41,348 nt of DNA, taken from IMG/VR virus record IMGVR_UViG_3300045988_060405, positions 1 to 41,348 of that record; one strand, written 5' to 3'. Every line of letters starts with the position of its first letter. Position 1 is the first letter of the stretch. A model generated the notes under the pieces. That model did no database searches and had not been told where the DNA came from. It saw nothing but the letters and a program-made list of their open reading frames with translations. The DNA is from a virus. This document shows positions 7,686-14,062 of the stretch, piece after piece. The position numbers and the translations under genes are program-made.

Positions 7686-7710
7686 CCCTCTGTGTTGGTC
7701 GCACAGAGGG
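7686..7710 (-). terminator. Hairpin (9-bp stem) with a T-rich tail on the minus strand; possible insulator upstream of the SOS promoter
   Basis: CCCTCTGTG-ttggtcg-CACAGAGGG. In the minus sense it is followed by TTTAATAATTT. Confidence 0.4.
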
Positions 7711-7853
7711 TATAAACAGACATACCGGCATAGGGGCCGATACAATATTATAGAGCACTTATATTGTATCATTTCGTGCACCTACTGTAAACCGGTATGG
7801 TGTATTTTTTGCGCTTAAAATAAGGCTTTTAGGCCAGAAAGAAGGATGATGCA

Positions 7854-9071
7854 ATGAGTATTCAGGAAAGTAATTATATATCAAAAAAGACCGGGAAAAC
7901 AAAAACGAGGTATTTCGCCAATGTATGGTACGCTGAAGAGAAGCGGGCCATTACCGGCCCCATGCGCGATTCCAAACCAGAAGCCAAAAAGGACGAGGCA
8001 AGAATCATACTGGAGATCGAGGCCGGCCGGGTCCCTGCTCCGAAGACGAAAAAATCCGAAAAGGTGGACGAGGTATATAAATTATGGCACGAGTCCACGA
8101 AACCACCAGTATATGCTAACAGCACATGGAATGTATACGCACAGTTTTACGGCGATTATATACAGGAAGTGTTCGGAGACAGAGCCATATCTGATATTAC
8201 AAGTATACATATACAGCGGTATGTAAATGCCATGAAGGAAAAGCATAGCCCAGAGACAGTAAATAAATGCATCACGGTTCTGGTAAACTTATTCGGATTT
8301 GCCATTGATCCGCTTAAGTGCATTACCAGTAATCCAGTAAAAGGTATTAAACGGTGTAAAGTGCCGAGAAAAAAGAAAGTCACCTGGAACGATGACATAG
8401 TCACTTATTTTCTCGATCTGCCAGACGTCAAGTCTTCACATTATTATCCCATGTTCGTGATCTCCGCTCTCCTGGGCGCACGGCCCGGGGAAGTCTGCGG
8501 CCTGCGAGAAAACGGTTTAAACAGCAAGCCCACGTATATGATCGATTTTGAAAAAGGGTATGACAATTGGGAAGTGGATACCGATCTTAAAACCGGCGGA
8601 TCACACCGGACGCCGCCGATCCCCAAATATTTATACGATATCATTCACCGGCGCCTGATCTGGAAACGGAAAAATCATATGGTAGATCACTCGTGGGGAG
8701 ACAATGATTACCTTTTTGTAAGCCAAAATGGAAATCCGATCAAACCACATCAGTACGGAGAGGCTTTTAAACGGCTTTTAAGGGCACATAACCGCCAGAT
8801 GGAGGAATACAAGAAAGAACACGAAGAACTGCCAGAAGGGGCATTTCTGTTGCCTGAAATCACATTGTACGGACTCCGCACAAGCTTCGCCACAAATAAT
8901 ATGCGACGTTGCCCGAATGCCGCTCTTATCTCCTCAGTAATGGGTAACAGCCCTAAGACGCTTATGCAGTTTTACGCGCAGGCCGAAACTGATATGCAGA
9001 TGGATTTAATTAACGGATACGCTTCAGGGAAGCTCGAGGCAAGAGAAAAGGGGGTCAGAAATGCACTATGA
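7854..9071 (+). CDS. int: Tyrosine integrase
   Basis: Box I ALLGARPGEVCGLR, box II LYGLRTSFAT...VMGNSPKTLMQFYAQ. It lies adjacent to attP. Confidence 0.9.
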   Translation: MSIQESNYISKKTGKTKTRYFANVWYAEEKRAITGPMRDSKPEAKKDEARIILEIEAGRVPAPKTKKSEKVDEVYKLWHESTKPPVYANSTWNVYAQFYGDYIQEVFGDRAISDITSIHIQRYVNAMKEKHSPETVNKCITVLVNLFGFAIDPLKCITSNPVKGIKRCKVPRKKKVTWNDDIVTYFLDLPDVKSSHYYPMFVISALLGARPGEVCGLRENGLNSKPTYMIDFEKGYDNWEVDTDLKTGGSHRTPPIPKYLYDIIHRRLIWKRKNHMVDHSWGDNDYLFVSQNGNPIKPHQYGEAFKRLLRAHNRQMEEYKKEHEELPEGAFLLPEITLYGLRTSFATNNMRRCPNAALISSVMGNSPKTLMQFYAQAETDMQMDLINGYASGKLEAREKGVRNAL

Positions 9072-9090
9072 TAGTAAGACGAACAATGAA

Positions 9091-9115
9091 AACTTTAAGC
9101 AAAAACTTTAAGCAA
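9091..9115 (+). repeat. Two tandem AACTTTAAGCAA repeats (candidate integrase arm-type sites, int-proximal arm)
   Basis: Exact copies at 9091-9102 and 9104-9115. Confidence 0.6.
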
Positions 9116-9185
9116 GTTGCATTATGTAAACAAAAAGCGAGTTCCCAAAACTCGGGAACCCGCATAAACACTAGGTTTTCAGAAG

Positions 9186-9231
9186 AGCGCGAGACGGGGA
9201 TCGAACCCGCGACCCCAACCTTGGCAAGGTT
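9186..9231 (-). other. attP core: 3' half of a tRNA-Gly(GCC) gene (anticodon loop through acceptor end)
   Basis: The minus strand reads AACCTTGCCAAGGTTGGGGTCGCGGGTTCGATCCCCGTCTCGCGCT. This is the TTGCCAA anticodon loop, variable loop, T-arm and 3' acceptor strand. There is no 5' half upstream, so it is a fragment and not a gene. Confidence 0.8.
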
Positions 9232-9331
9232 ATTTACTGCATTTAATAGGAAGTAACACACGCAAAAAGTGGCTTAAAATCGAGGTTTTTCAAAAAGTAT
9301 GTAGCGTATAATACCATTTCAAACACATATC

Positions 9332-9354
9332 AACTTTAAGCAAAACTTTAAGCA
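9332..9354 (+). repeat. Two more AACTTTAAGCA repeats (candidate arm-type sites, distal arm)
   Basis: Copies at 9332-9343 and 9344-9354, in the same orientation as the 9091-9115 pair, so the four copies flank the tRNA-like core. Confidence 0.6.
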
Positions 9355-9368
9355 TTTTTTAATAGCGA

Positions 9369-9381
9369 AAATAGTGATTTA
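9369..9381 (+). other. Recombination-type site A (AAATAGTGATTTA)
   Basis: One of four copies of the 13-mer. It is read in frame as N-S-D-L with the downstream cassette. Confidence 0.7.
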
Positions 9382-9879
9382 GGTGATTGCTATAAGTTGA
9401 AAAATAAGAGACTTGTCCCCAGTGGAGCAGATTTGAACAATTATAGAACTCCAGGGACTTATCTTATCAATTCAGCAGACCTAAGCACTATACTCAACAA
9501 ACCGACTGGCTGGACAGCTACTGGCGGAATAATCTTAGTTGAGGACTGGGTTGATCCTAAAGTAGTTACAATGACCGTAAAAACTTATAACGGATCTGTC
9601 TTTTGGCGTAATTATTTAAGTGGGACATGGACCGAGTGGGTGTCTGGTACTGTCACTACAGATTTATCGACGGTAAATCCGAGTAGTTTAATACTACAAT
9701 CCAGATCTACAGGATACCCAAAGCCCACCTTTTTTGCGGATAGTGCTGGTGCTTTGTTTATGAGATGCTATCTTAATGCAACCGATTATTATGAGTTATC
9801 TCTTAACAGTGTTGGGGCATACGTCAATAAATGCATAGGCGGTAAAATTGTTTTTACCAATAAATTTGTAACTTTTTAA
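9370..9879 (+). CDS. Silent tail-fibre C-terminal cassette A (knob-like; no ATG, no SD)
   Basis: The frame is open from the site: NSDLGDCYKLKNKRLVPSGADLNNYRTPGTYLINS...NKPTGWTATGG. This parallels the expressed tip NSDLGDVKTDISLQPVTGIDILTLTTGRYYATNCTNLPTGWVAAY. The ORF-track TTG start has no RBS. Confidence 0.7.
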   Translation, partial: NSDLGDCYKLKNKRLVPSGADLNNYRTPGTYLINSADLSTILNKPTGWTATGGIILVEDWVDPKVVTMTVKTYNGSVFWRNYLSGTWTEWVSGTVTTDLSTVNPSSLILQSRSTGYPKPTFFADSAGALFMRCYLNATDYYELSLNSVGAYVNKCIGGKIVFTNKFVTF

Positions 9880-9880
9880 A

Positions 9881-10213
9881 TCATCTTGTGGTCGGATAAA
9901 TGCAGCTCATACTCAGATTAGTAGACAATGCCTTACTTATATATATGTACAGCTTGTTTTCCGCAGCTTTTAATGTACCGTTGACCTGTATAGCATTATC
10001 ATCTGCTATCGTGCTTCGCGCTCTATACACGGGTACATCCATAAGCGGCCTGACATCATCATCACAAAAGGCTACCTCAACCCAGCCGGACGATCCGGCG
10101 GATATCGTAAAAATACATTGCACCATATGTCCGATTTTATAAGCCAATACGTAAGACACCGGTGCGTTTTTGTAAAAATGCGCAGTGACGTCTTTCACAG
10201 TTAAATCACTATT
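9881..10213 (-). CDS. Silent tail-fibre C-terminal cassette B (105-aa tip type), tail-to-tail with cassette A
   Basis: The frame is open through site B: ...NSDLTVKDVTAHFYKN.... It is 1 nt from the cassette A stop. About 92% nt identity to cassette C, with mostly synonymous differences. Confidence 0.7.
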   Translation of the reverse strand, partial: NSDLTVKDVTAHFYKNAPVSYVLAYKIGHMVQCIFTISAGSSGWVEVAFCDDDVRPLMDVPVYRARSTIADDNAIQVNGTLKAAENKLYIYISKALSTNLSMSCIYPTTR

Positions 10214-10214
10214 T
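10202..10214 (-). other. Recombination-type site B (inverted copy of the 13-mer)
   Basis: The plus strand reads TAAATCACTATTT. Confidence 0.7.
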
Positions 10215-10271
10215 TTTCCAGTTGCATACCAAACATTTGTTTGTTATGATTAAACCAAAGGAGATGATATC

Positions 10272-10445
10272 ATGGCAAACATATGCACACTGGCACCTGA
10301 TATTAACCGGTGCCCACATTACAGCAAGGAAACACAGACATGCAGCGGCGGCCCGGAAGTCTGTGGATTTTACAAAAAATTAGAGACGGAGAAGCAGCCG
10401 GAAGCACCCAAACAACCTAAATGGTTTGAGCAGTATTTAAAATAA
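10272..10445 (+). CDS. Small Cys-rich protein (57 aa; below the ORF-track cutoff)
   Basis: Hand translation: MANICTLAPDINRCPHYSKETQTCSGGPEVCGFYKKLETEKQPEAPKQPKWFEQYLK. SD AAAGGAGA. Confidence 0.55.
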   Translation: MANICTLAPDINRCPHYSKETQTCSGGPEVCGFYKKLETEKQPEAPKQPKWFEQYLK

Positions 10446-10494
10446 GCATCACACCGATCCTCAAAATACGTTATACAGGTACAGGGGGTAAACC

Positions 10495-10626
10495 ATGAGA
10501 AATAGGATGTCAGAATTGCGAAAAAAGCAGTATTTAACATTACGGATCGACCGGATCAGGTCGGCCAAGACCAACTTTTACCGAATAGACGGACCGTTTT
10601 TCTGCATAATAAAGGCCAGGGCGTGA
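10495..10626 (+). CDS. Possible 43-aa basic peptide
   Basis: AGGGGG lies 6 nt upstream of the ATG. Product MRNRMSELRKKQYLTLRIDRIRSAKTNFYRIDGPFFCIIKARA. It ends inside the terminator stem. Confidence 0.35.
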   Translation: MRNRMSELRKKQYLTLRIDRIRSAKTNFYRIDGPFFCIIKARA

Positions 10627-10648
10627 TTGCTCTGGCCTTTATTTTTTT
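10611..10648. terminator. Bidirectional intrinsic terminator
   Basis: AAAGGCCAG-12 nt-CTGGCCTTT followed by ATTTTTTT. There are A/T runs on both sides, between convergent genes. Confidence 0.7.
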
Positions 10649-11126
10649 ATCGGTTGATTTCGAACGGGAAGATATCCCTCTTGTATAAGTCAGGATATTC
10701 ATTGCATAACGACATGTATTGCTCATACATTTCATTCCGCATCATGTTTCCGGGATATTTATTCATATTCATAAAAGAATTTACTTGCTCTATGTTATGG
10801 GAGAACTTCCACTGTTTGTAACTTAATTCTTTAAGGCGCCTATATGGGGCGGTTTTAATATGATAATTATATAACCAGGACATCCCAGCTTTTTTAAAGA
10901 CGGATTCCTCTCCCAAGTGATCAAAGAGGGGATTTACAACTTTGAGCATTCCAGAAACAAATTTATAATATTCTTCTCCGGTAGCAAAACTTTCTCCTGT
11001 ATCGAAAAAAGGTTCTGTTTTAGCAGGGCTGAATAATATTATTTCTAACTCTTCGATTTCCTTTTTTGTCTGTTTCATTTTTGAAACATACGCATTATAA
11101 TAATTTTCCCATCTCTCATTTTTCAT
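10647..11126 (-). CDS. Accessory-island protein of unknown function (159 aa)
   Basis: ORF track. SD AGAAGGA. Last gene of the four-gene minus-strand operon. Confidence 0.75.
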   Translation of the reverse strand: MKNERWENYYNAYVSKMKQTKKEIEELEIILFSPAKTEPFFDTGESFATGEEYYKFVSGMLKVVNPLFDHLGEESVFKKAGMSWLYNYHIKTAPYRRLKELSYKQWKFSHNIEQVNSFMNMNKYPGNMMRNEMYEQYMSLCNEYPDLYKRDIFPFEINR

Positions 11127-11140
11127 AAATTCCTTCTTTC

Positions 11141-11167
11141 TCCCGGCCTGTTCCCGGACCGGGGCGG
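11141..11167 (-). repeat. GC-rich intercistronic hairpin, copy 1
   Basis: The minus sense reads CCGCCCCGGTCCGGGAACAGGCCGGGAGAAAGAAGG, running directly into the RBS. Confidence 0.5.
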
Positions 11168-11177
11168 ATGAATGTGA

Positions 11178-11414
11178 TTACTGGTACCTTTTAAACAACT
11201 GATGATATTCGGATATCATCTTATCCATTGTTTTGATATCATTTTCAGAAATTGCTTTTTCCAGCACATCGATGTCAGATTCAACTTTGTCTATGTCGCA
11301 TCCCTTATTATCGTAGTAGTAATCATCGGCCTTATTTTGCAACTTGCAAAGTAGTGTGTCCGCATCATCAACCACATGATATCTGATCCCGTTTACCGTC
11401 CTATGTGTATTCAT
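11178..11414 (-). CDS. Accessory-island protein (78 aa)
   Basis: ATG at 11414 behind GGGAGAAAGGA. The longer ORF-track version would cover the GC hairpin. Confidence 0.65.
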   Translation of the reverse strand: MNTHRTVNGIRYHVVDDADTLLCKLQNKADDYYYDNKGCDIDKVESDIDVLEKAISENDIKTMDKMISEYHQLFKRYQ

Positions 11415-11425
11415 AACGTTCCTTT

Positions 11426-11452
11426 CTCCCGGCGTTACCCGGCCGGGGAGGG
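11426..11452 (-). repeat. GC-rich intercistronic hairpin, copy 2
   Basis: CCCTCCCCGGCCGGGTAACGCCGGGAGAAAGG. Confidence 0.5.
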
Positions 11453-11458
11453 TGAATA

Positions 11459-11734
11459 TCACAGTTCCCATATGTAATCTTTTGGAAGTCTTTTTATTGC
11501 ATTTTCAAGGCAAGTTGCTTTTATTGTCATGCTTACTTTTCTTCCAGTTAAACTTTCTACGCCATCAAAATGCATATATTTGTAACTTTGTCCGCGAACT
11601 CCCGATTTCTTCATTCGATTATCAGGAAGCATAACAATGATGGTCTTTGTTTTCTCATCATAGCTTCCGCGAACGACTTCGCAATCAAAATAAGATTTTT
11701 TGTATTGCCTGTATAGCATTCTTTCTTGCTGCAT
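11459..11734 (-). CDS. Accessory-island protein (91 aa)
   Basis: ORF track. SD GAAGGAG. Confidence 0.65.
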   Translation of the reverse strand: MQQERMLYRQYKKSYFDCEVVRGSYDEKTKTIIVMLPDNRMKKSGVRGQSYKYMHFDGVESLTGRKVSMTIKATCLENAIKRLPKDYIWEL

Positions 11735-11737
11735 ATT

Positions 11738-11763
11738 CTCCTTCTTTCTCCGGCGGAGCCGCC
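11738..11763 (-). repeat. GC-rich intercistronic hairpin, copy 3
   Basis: CCGGCCGGCGGCGGCTCCGCCGGAGAAAGAAGGAG. Confidence 0.5.
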
Positions 11764-11777
11764 GCCGGCCGGTTACT

Positions 11778-12143
11778 TTATGCTATTAAATCAATCGCCT
11801 GTGGTACATATTTGCTGTTATCAACATCCCAGTAACCACAATCAGCGGTTCTGAGGTTGCCTGCCAGCGTGTGGCGAACAGCCTTGATGTAAACGCGGCA
11901 CTTGTCGTATCCGTTCCACTCTTTAAAATAAACCTCTTCGTATTCGCCACTCATAACCAGCTTATGAGCTGCGGCCTTGATGGTATCCAATGTGATGACT
12001 GCTACGGTCTCAACGGCTTTCTTTGCTTCGGCCCATGCTCTACGTAAGCACTCTGAGAAGCTTAACTTTGTTGCGAAACTCTGGAACTTTCTGTATGTTT
12101 CCCATGCTCTTTTCATGATCTGGCTTAAGTTATATTTTTTCAT
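11778..12143 (-). CDS. Accessory-island protein (121 aa)
   Basis: ATG at 12143 behind CAGGAGGG. N-terminal NLSQIMKRAWETYRK...FSECLRRAWAEAKK helix pair. Confidence 0.7.
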   Translation of the reverse strand: MKKYNLSQIMKRAWETYRKFQSFATKLSFSECLRRAWAEAKKAVETVAVITLDTIKAAAHKLVMSGEYEEVYFKEWNGYDKCRVYIKAVRHTLAGNLRTADCGYWDVDNSKYVPQAIDLIA

Positions 12144-12194
12144 CTTTATACCCTCCTGTGTGTGTTTTTTTGTTTTCCTGTTCCTTATGATTAC

Positions 12195-12223
12195 ATTATA
12201 CTTCATTCGTACGAATATGTATA
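12195..12223 (-). promoter_or_regulatory. Promoter of the four-gene accessory operon, with operator 1 in its spacer
   Basis: On the minus strand: TATACA (12218-12223), 17 nt, TATAAT (12195-12200). Confidence 0.55.
12205..12216. promoter_or_regulatory. Operator 1: ATTCGTACGAAT (perfect 12-bp palindrome)
   Basis: Read directly from the sequence. Confidence 0.7.
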
Positions 12224-12239
12224 TAGTAATACTTCACAA

Positions 12240-12250
12240 ATCGTACGAAT
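12240..12250. promoter_or_regulatory. Operator 2: ATCGTACGAAT (variant)
   Basis: Read directly from the sequence. Confidence 0.6.
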
Positions 12251-12262
12251 AATTTTTATGCA

Positions 12263-12274
12263 ATTCGTACGAAT
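12263..12274. promoter_or_regulatory. Operator 3: ATTCGTACGAAT (perfect)
   Basis: Read directly from the sequence. Confidence 0.7.
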
Positions 12275-12286
12275 ATAATTATGACA

Positions 12287-12315
12287 TTGATTTGTTTGTA
12301 CGAATAGTTTATAAT
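12287..12315 (+). promoter_or_regulatory. Promoter of the AbrB-like gene, with operator 4 in its spacer
   Basis: TTGATT (12287-12292), 17 nt, TATAAT (12310-12315). Confidence 0.7.
12296..12305. promoter_or_regulatory. Operator 4: TTGTACGAAT (variant)
   Basis: Read directly from the sequence. Confidence 0.55.
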
Positions 12316-12337
12316 CAAGAAAAAAGGAGGTTTTAAT

Positions 12338-12517
12338 ATGGAACAAATCAGAAGAAAGGTACTCTTTAATAAGCCAGGGGGAACAGCCAGCAAGAACTCC
12401 ATAATGGCTCGCTTAACACTTCCGCCGGAATTTGTAAAAGAACTTGGAATAACATCTGAAGATAAAGAAGTCATAATTAGTTTAGAAAATAAAAAAATAA
12501 TTATCGAAAAGGCTTGA
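12338..12517 (+). CDS. AbrB/MazE/SpoVT-family DNA-binding protein (59 aa; below the ORF-track cutoff)
   Basis: Hand translation: MEQIRRKVLFNKPGGTASKNSIMARLTLPPEFVKELGITSEDKEVIISLENKKIIIEKA. It has the looped-hinge swapped-hairpin motif (LTLPPEFVKELGI..D.V). SD AAAGGAGG. Confidence 0.75.
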   Translation: MEQIRRKVLFNKPGGTASKNSIMARLTLPPEFVKELGITSEDKEVIISLENKKIIIEKA

Positions 12518-12519
12518 TT

Positions 12520-12531
12520 ATTCGTACGAAT
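12520..12531. promoter_or_regulatory. Operator 5: ATTCGTACGAAT (perfect), 3 nt after the AbrB-like stop
   Basis: Read directly from the sequence. Confidence 0.7.
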
Positions 12532-12592
12532 AGTGTTATAATAAAGATAGTTAAGAGAGGCAAGACCTTAACGAATACGAGGAGGAAGGAAC

Positions 12593-12751
12593 TTGAGCGA
12601 AGAGATGAGTGTATTTAAAAGTTACTTACGAAGACTGTTACAGGACTTAAAAGATTTGAAAGAAGCACTGAAAAACAAAGAATACGAAAAAGCCGACACC
12701 ATGGTTGACAAACTGATCGACGACACACAGAAGGGCATCGAGGACAATTAA
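12593..12751 (+). CDS. Small coiled-coil protein (52 aa; TTG start)
   Basis: GAGGAGG lies 7 nt upstream of the TTG. Product MSEEMSVFKSYLRRLLQDLKDLKEALKNKEYEKADTMVDKLIDDTQKGIEDN. Confidence 0.5.
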   Translation: MSEEMSVFKSYLRRLLQDLKDLKEALKNKEYEKADTMVDKLIDDTQKGIEDN

Positions 12752-12866
12752 AAAAGCCTACATAATAGGCTTAAGGTCTTAGACAAGGGAGGGCGGGCTT
12801 GCCACCGCTCCCCCATCTACAAATAGAATAACATACAATTAAAAATAAATCAACGGAGGTAATAAG

Positions 12867-13187
12867 ATGGAAAAAACATTTAAGGGCTACATTAATTATG
12901 GCTGCTTAGCGGCAGAAAAGCACCCGGTATTTACGGCTGGAAATCCACAACCCACGGCCACTGTTAGCGATCCAGTAATTTTTGAAATTCCTGAGGAATG
13001 GGAATTAGGCGAAACAGGAGCAGGAAATGTTATTGTAACTGCTCCGTGGGGATGGGATTATGAACCAAACGAATTATTTGCGGGTAGAAAAGGAAACGAA
13101 ATAGAAGCGCTAAATACACCGCATTTCAAAGGTTATGATAAAGAAGGCAAATACTTTTCAATCCCCATAAAATACGAAGAGGTATAG
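12867..13187 (+). CDS. Hypothetical protein (106 aa)
   Basis: ORF track. SD ACGGAGG, followed by a strong terminator. Confidence 0.7.
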   Translation: MEKTFKGYINYGCLAAEKHPVFTAGNPQPTATVSDPVIFEIPEEWELGETGAGNVIVTAPWGWDYEPNELFAGRKGNEIEALNTPHFKGYDKEGKYFSIPIKYEEV

Positions 13188-13222
13188 AAAAAAAGGCGAT
13201 CCGCTATGGGTCGCCTTTTTTT
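13188..13222. terminator. Bidirectional intrinsic terminator
   Basis: AAAAAAGGCGA-tccgctatggg-TCGCCTTTTTTT. Confidence 0.75.
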
Positions 13223-13310
13223 ATACTACTTATCTTATAATTTCAATCCACACGTTTTCCCGTGACCTTATGTATATAGTATAATTCACGGAATTATTTT
13301 TGTCAAGATT

Positions 13311-14054
13311 TTACACTGTATTTTCCTGATCTGTGTACCACACTTCCATGGCTCCGTTATCCCGGCTGTGCCAGCACGCGCCCTCAAAGGGTCCGCCCTG
13401 TATCGGGTCAAAGTAGTACCAGTCTCCAGAGCCATCTTCCGGGTCACATACATTTCCGTTCCACCTGTGCCAGCTCGTGCACATATATCCATCAGAATTG
13501 AACAGATACCAATGGTGGTTAATGATCTCCCACTTATTCGCGGGGTATGTGCCGTCTGGCCTACGATACCACCAGCCATTGGCCGTACTAATCCAGCCCG
13601 TCCGCTCCTCCACCGGCTCCCAGGTGCGCATAAACTCATCCGGATTGCGGTACAACCGCTTAATTCCGGCCGTGGAGCTGCCCCAATCTGAAAGCTGGAA
13701 GTGCGGTTTGTCTACCGGACTTTTCCAGTTACCGCCCCACTCCAGCCCCAAGGCGACGCCGATCTTACCAACTTTAGTGAAAAATCCATCGTTATCATAG
13801 TAAGCGCCGCGGCCATCGTTGCGGAAGAAGTCGAATGCTGTCCCCCACTGGTGATAGGAACTGTAACTGCTACCCGGTGCATTGGTCACAATCGGCCCCG
13901 GCTTCGTGCGGCCCTGTGCATATAATGCGTCCTGCTCTGCTACGGTCCGCAGCGTCTCACCGATCTTAATCTTAAGCCCCTGCTTATTGCATTCCTCGAC
14001 CAGTCTCTCCGCAAGCGCCTGAAGACGCGGATGGCATAATGTAATGTCTCTCAT
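13311..14054 (-). CDS. Endolysin: M15-family (VanY / L-Ala-D-Glu peptidase-like) catalytic domain plus C-terminal cell-wall-binding repeats
   Basis: SYHQWGTAFDF...GLEWGGNW...DKPHFQL are metallopeptidase motifs. The C-terminus has aromatic-rich repeats: GWWYRRPDGTY...HHWYLFNSDGYM...GDWYYFDP. Confidence 0.85.
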   Translation of the reverse strand: MRDITLCHPRLQALAERLVEECNKQGLKIKIGETLRTVAEQDALYAQGRTKPGPIVTNAPGSSYSSYHQWGTAFDFFRNDGRGAYYDNDGFFTKVGKIGVALGLEWGGNWKSPVDKPHFQLSDWGSSTAGIKRLYRNPDEFMRTWEPVEERTGWISTANGWWYRRPDGTYPANKWEIINHHWYLFNSDGYMCTSWHRWNGNVCDPEDGSGDWYYFDPIQGGPFEGACWHSRDNGAMEVWYTDQENTV

Positions 14055-14062
14055 TTCTTTTA

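Noticed and set aside
7739-7770. 10-bp inverted repeat GATACAATAT-12 nt-ATATTGTATC upstream of int
   Set aside because: The structure is real, but its function cannot be assigned. It is AT-rich, has no adjacent U-tract and does not match the arm repeats. It could be a regulator site for int, and is noted only.
7393-7818. 141-aa plus-strand ORF between the repressor and integrase genes
   Set aside because: The stretch is very AT-rich, the product is low-complexity and Cys/Tyr/Ile-rich, and there is no SD. The region is better explained by LexA boxes, a minus-strand promoter and hairpins.
9055-9261. 68-aa (-) and 62-aa (+) ORFs downstream of int
   Set aside because: They run across the arm repeats and the tRNA-Gly fragment (attP). 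They have no RBS and their composition is not protein-like.
12256-12474. 72-aa minus-strand ORF in the ORF track
   Set aside because: It is antisense to the well-supported AbrB-like gene (12338-12517), which has a consensus promoter, an SD and a recognisable fold motif. The antisense ORF has none of these.
12555-12781. 9-bp inverted repeat (AAGACCTTA / TAAGGTCTT) flanking the 52-aa ORF, considered as miniature mobile-element ends
   Set aside because: It is too short to distinguish from chance. There are no target-site duplications and no other copies in the window.
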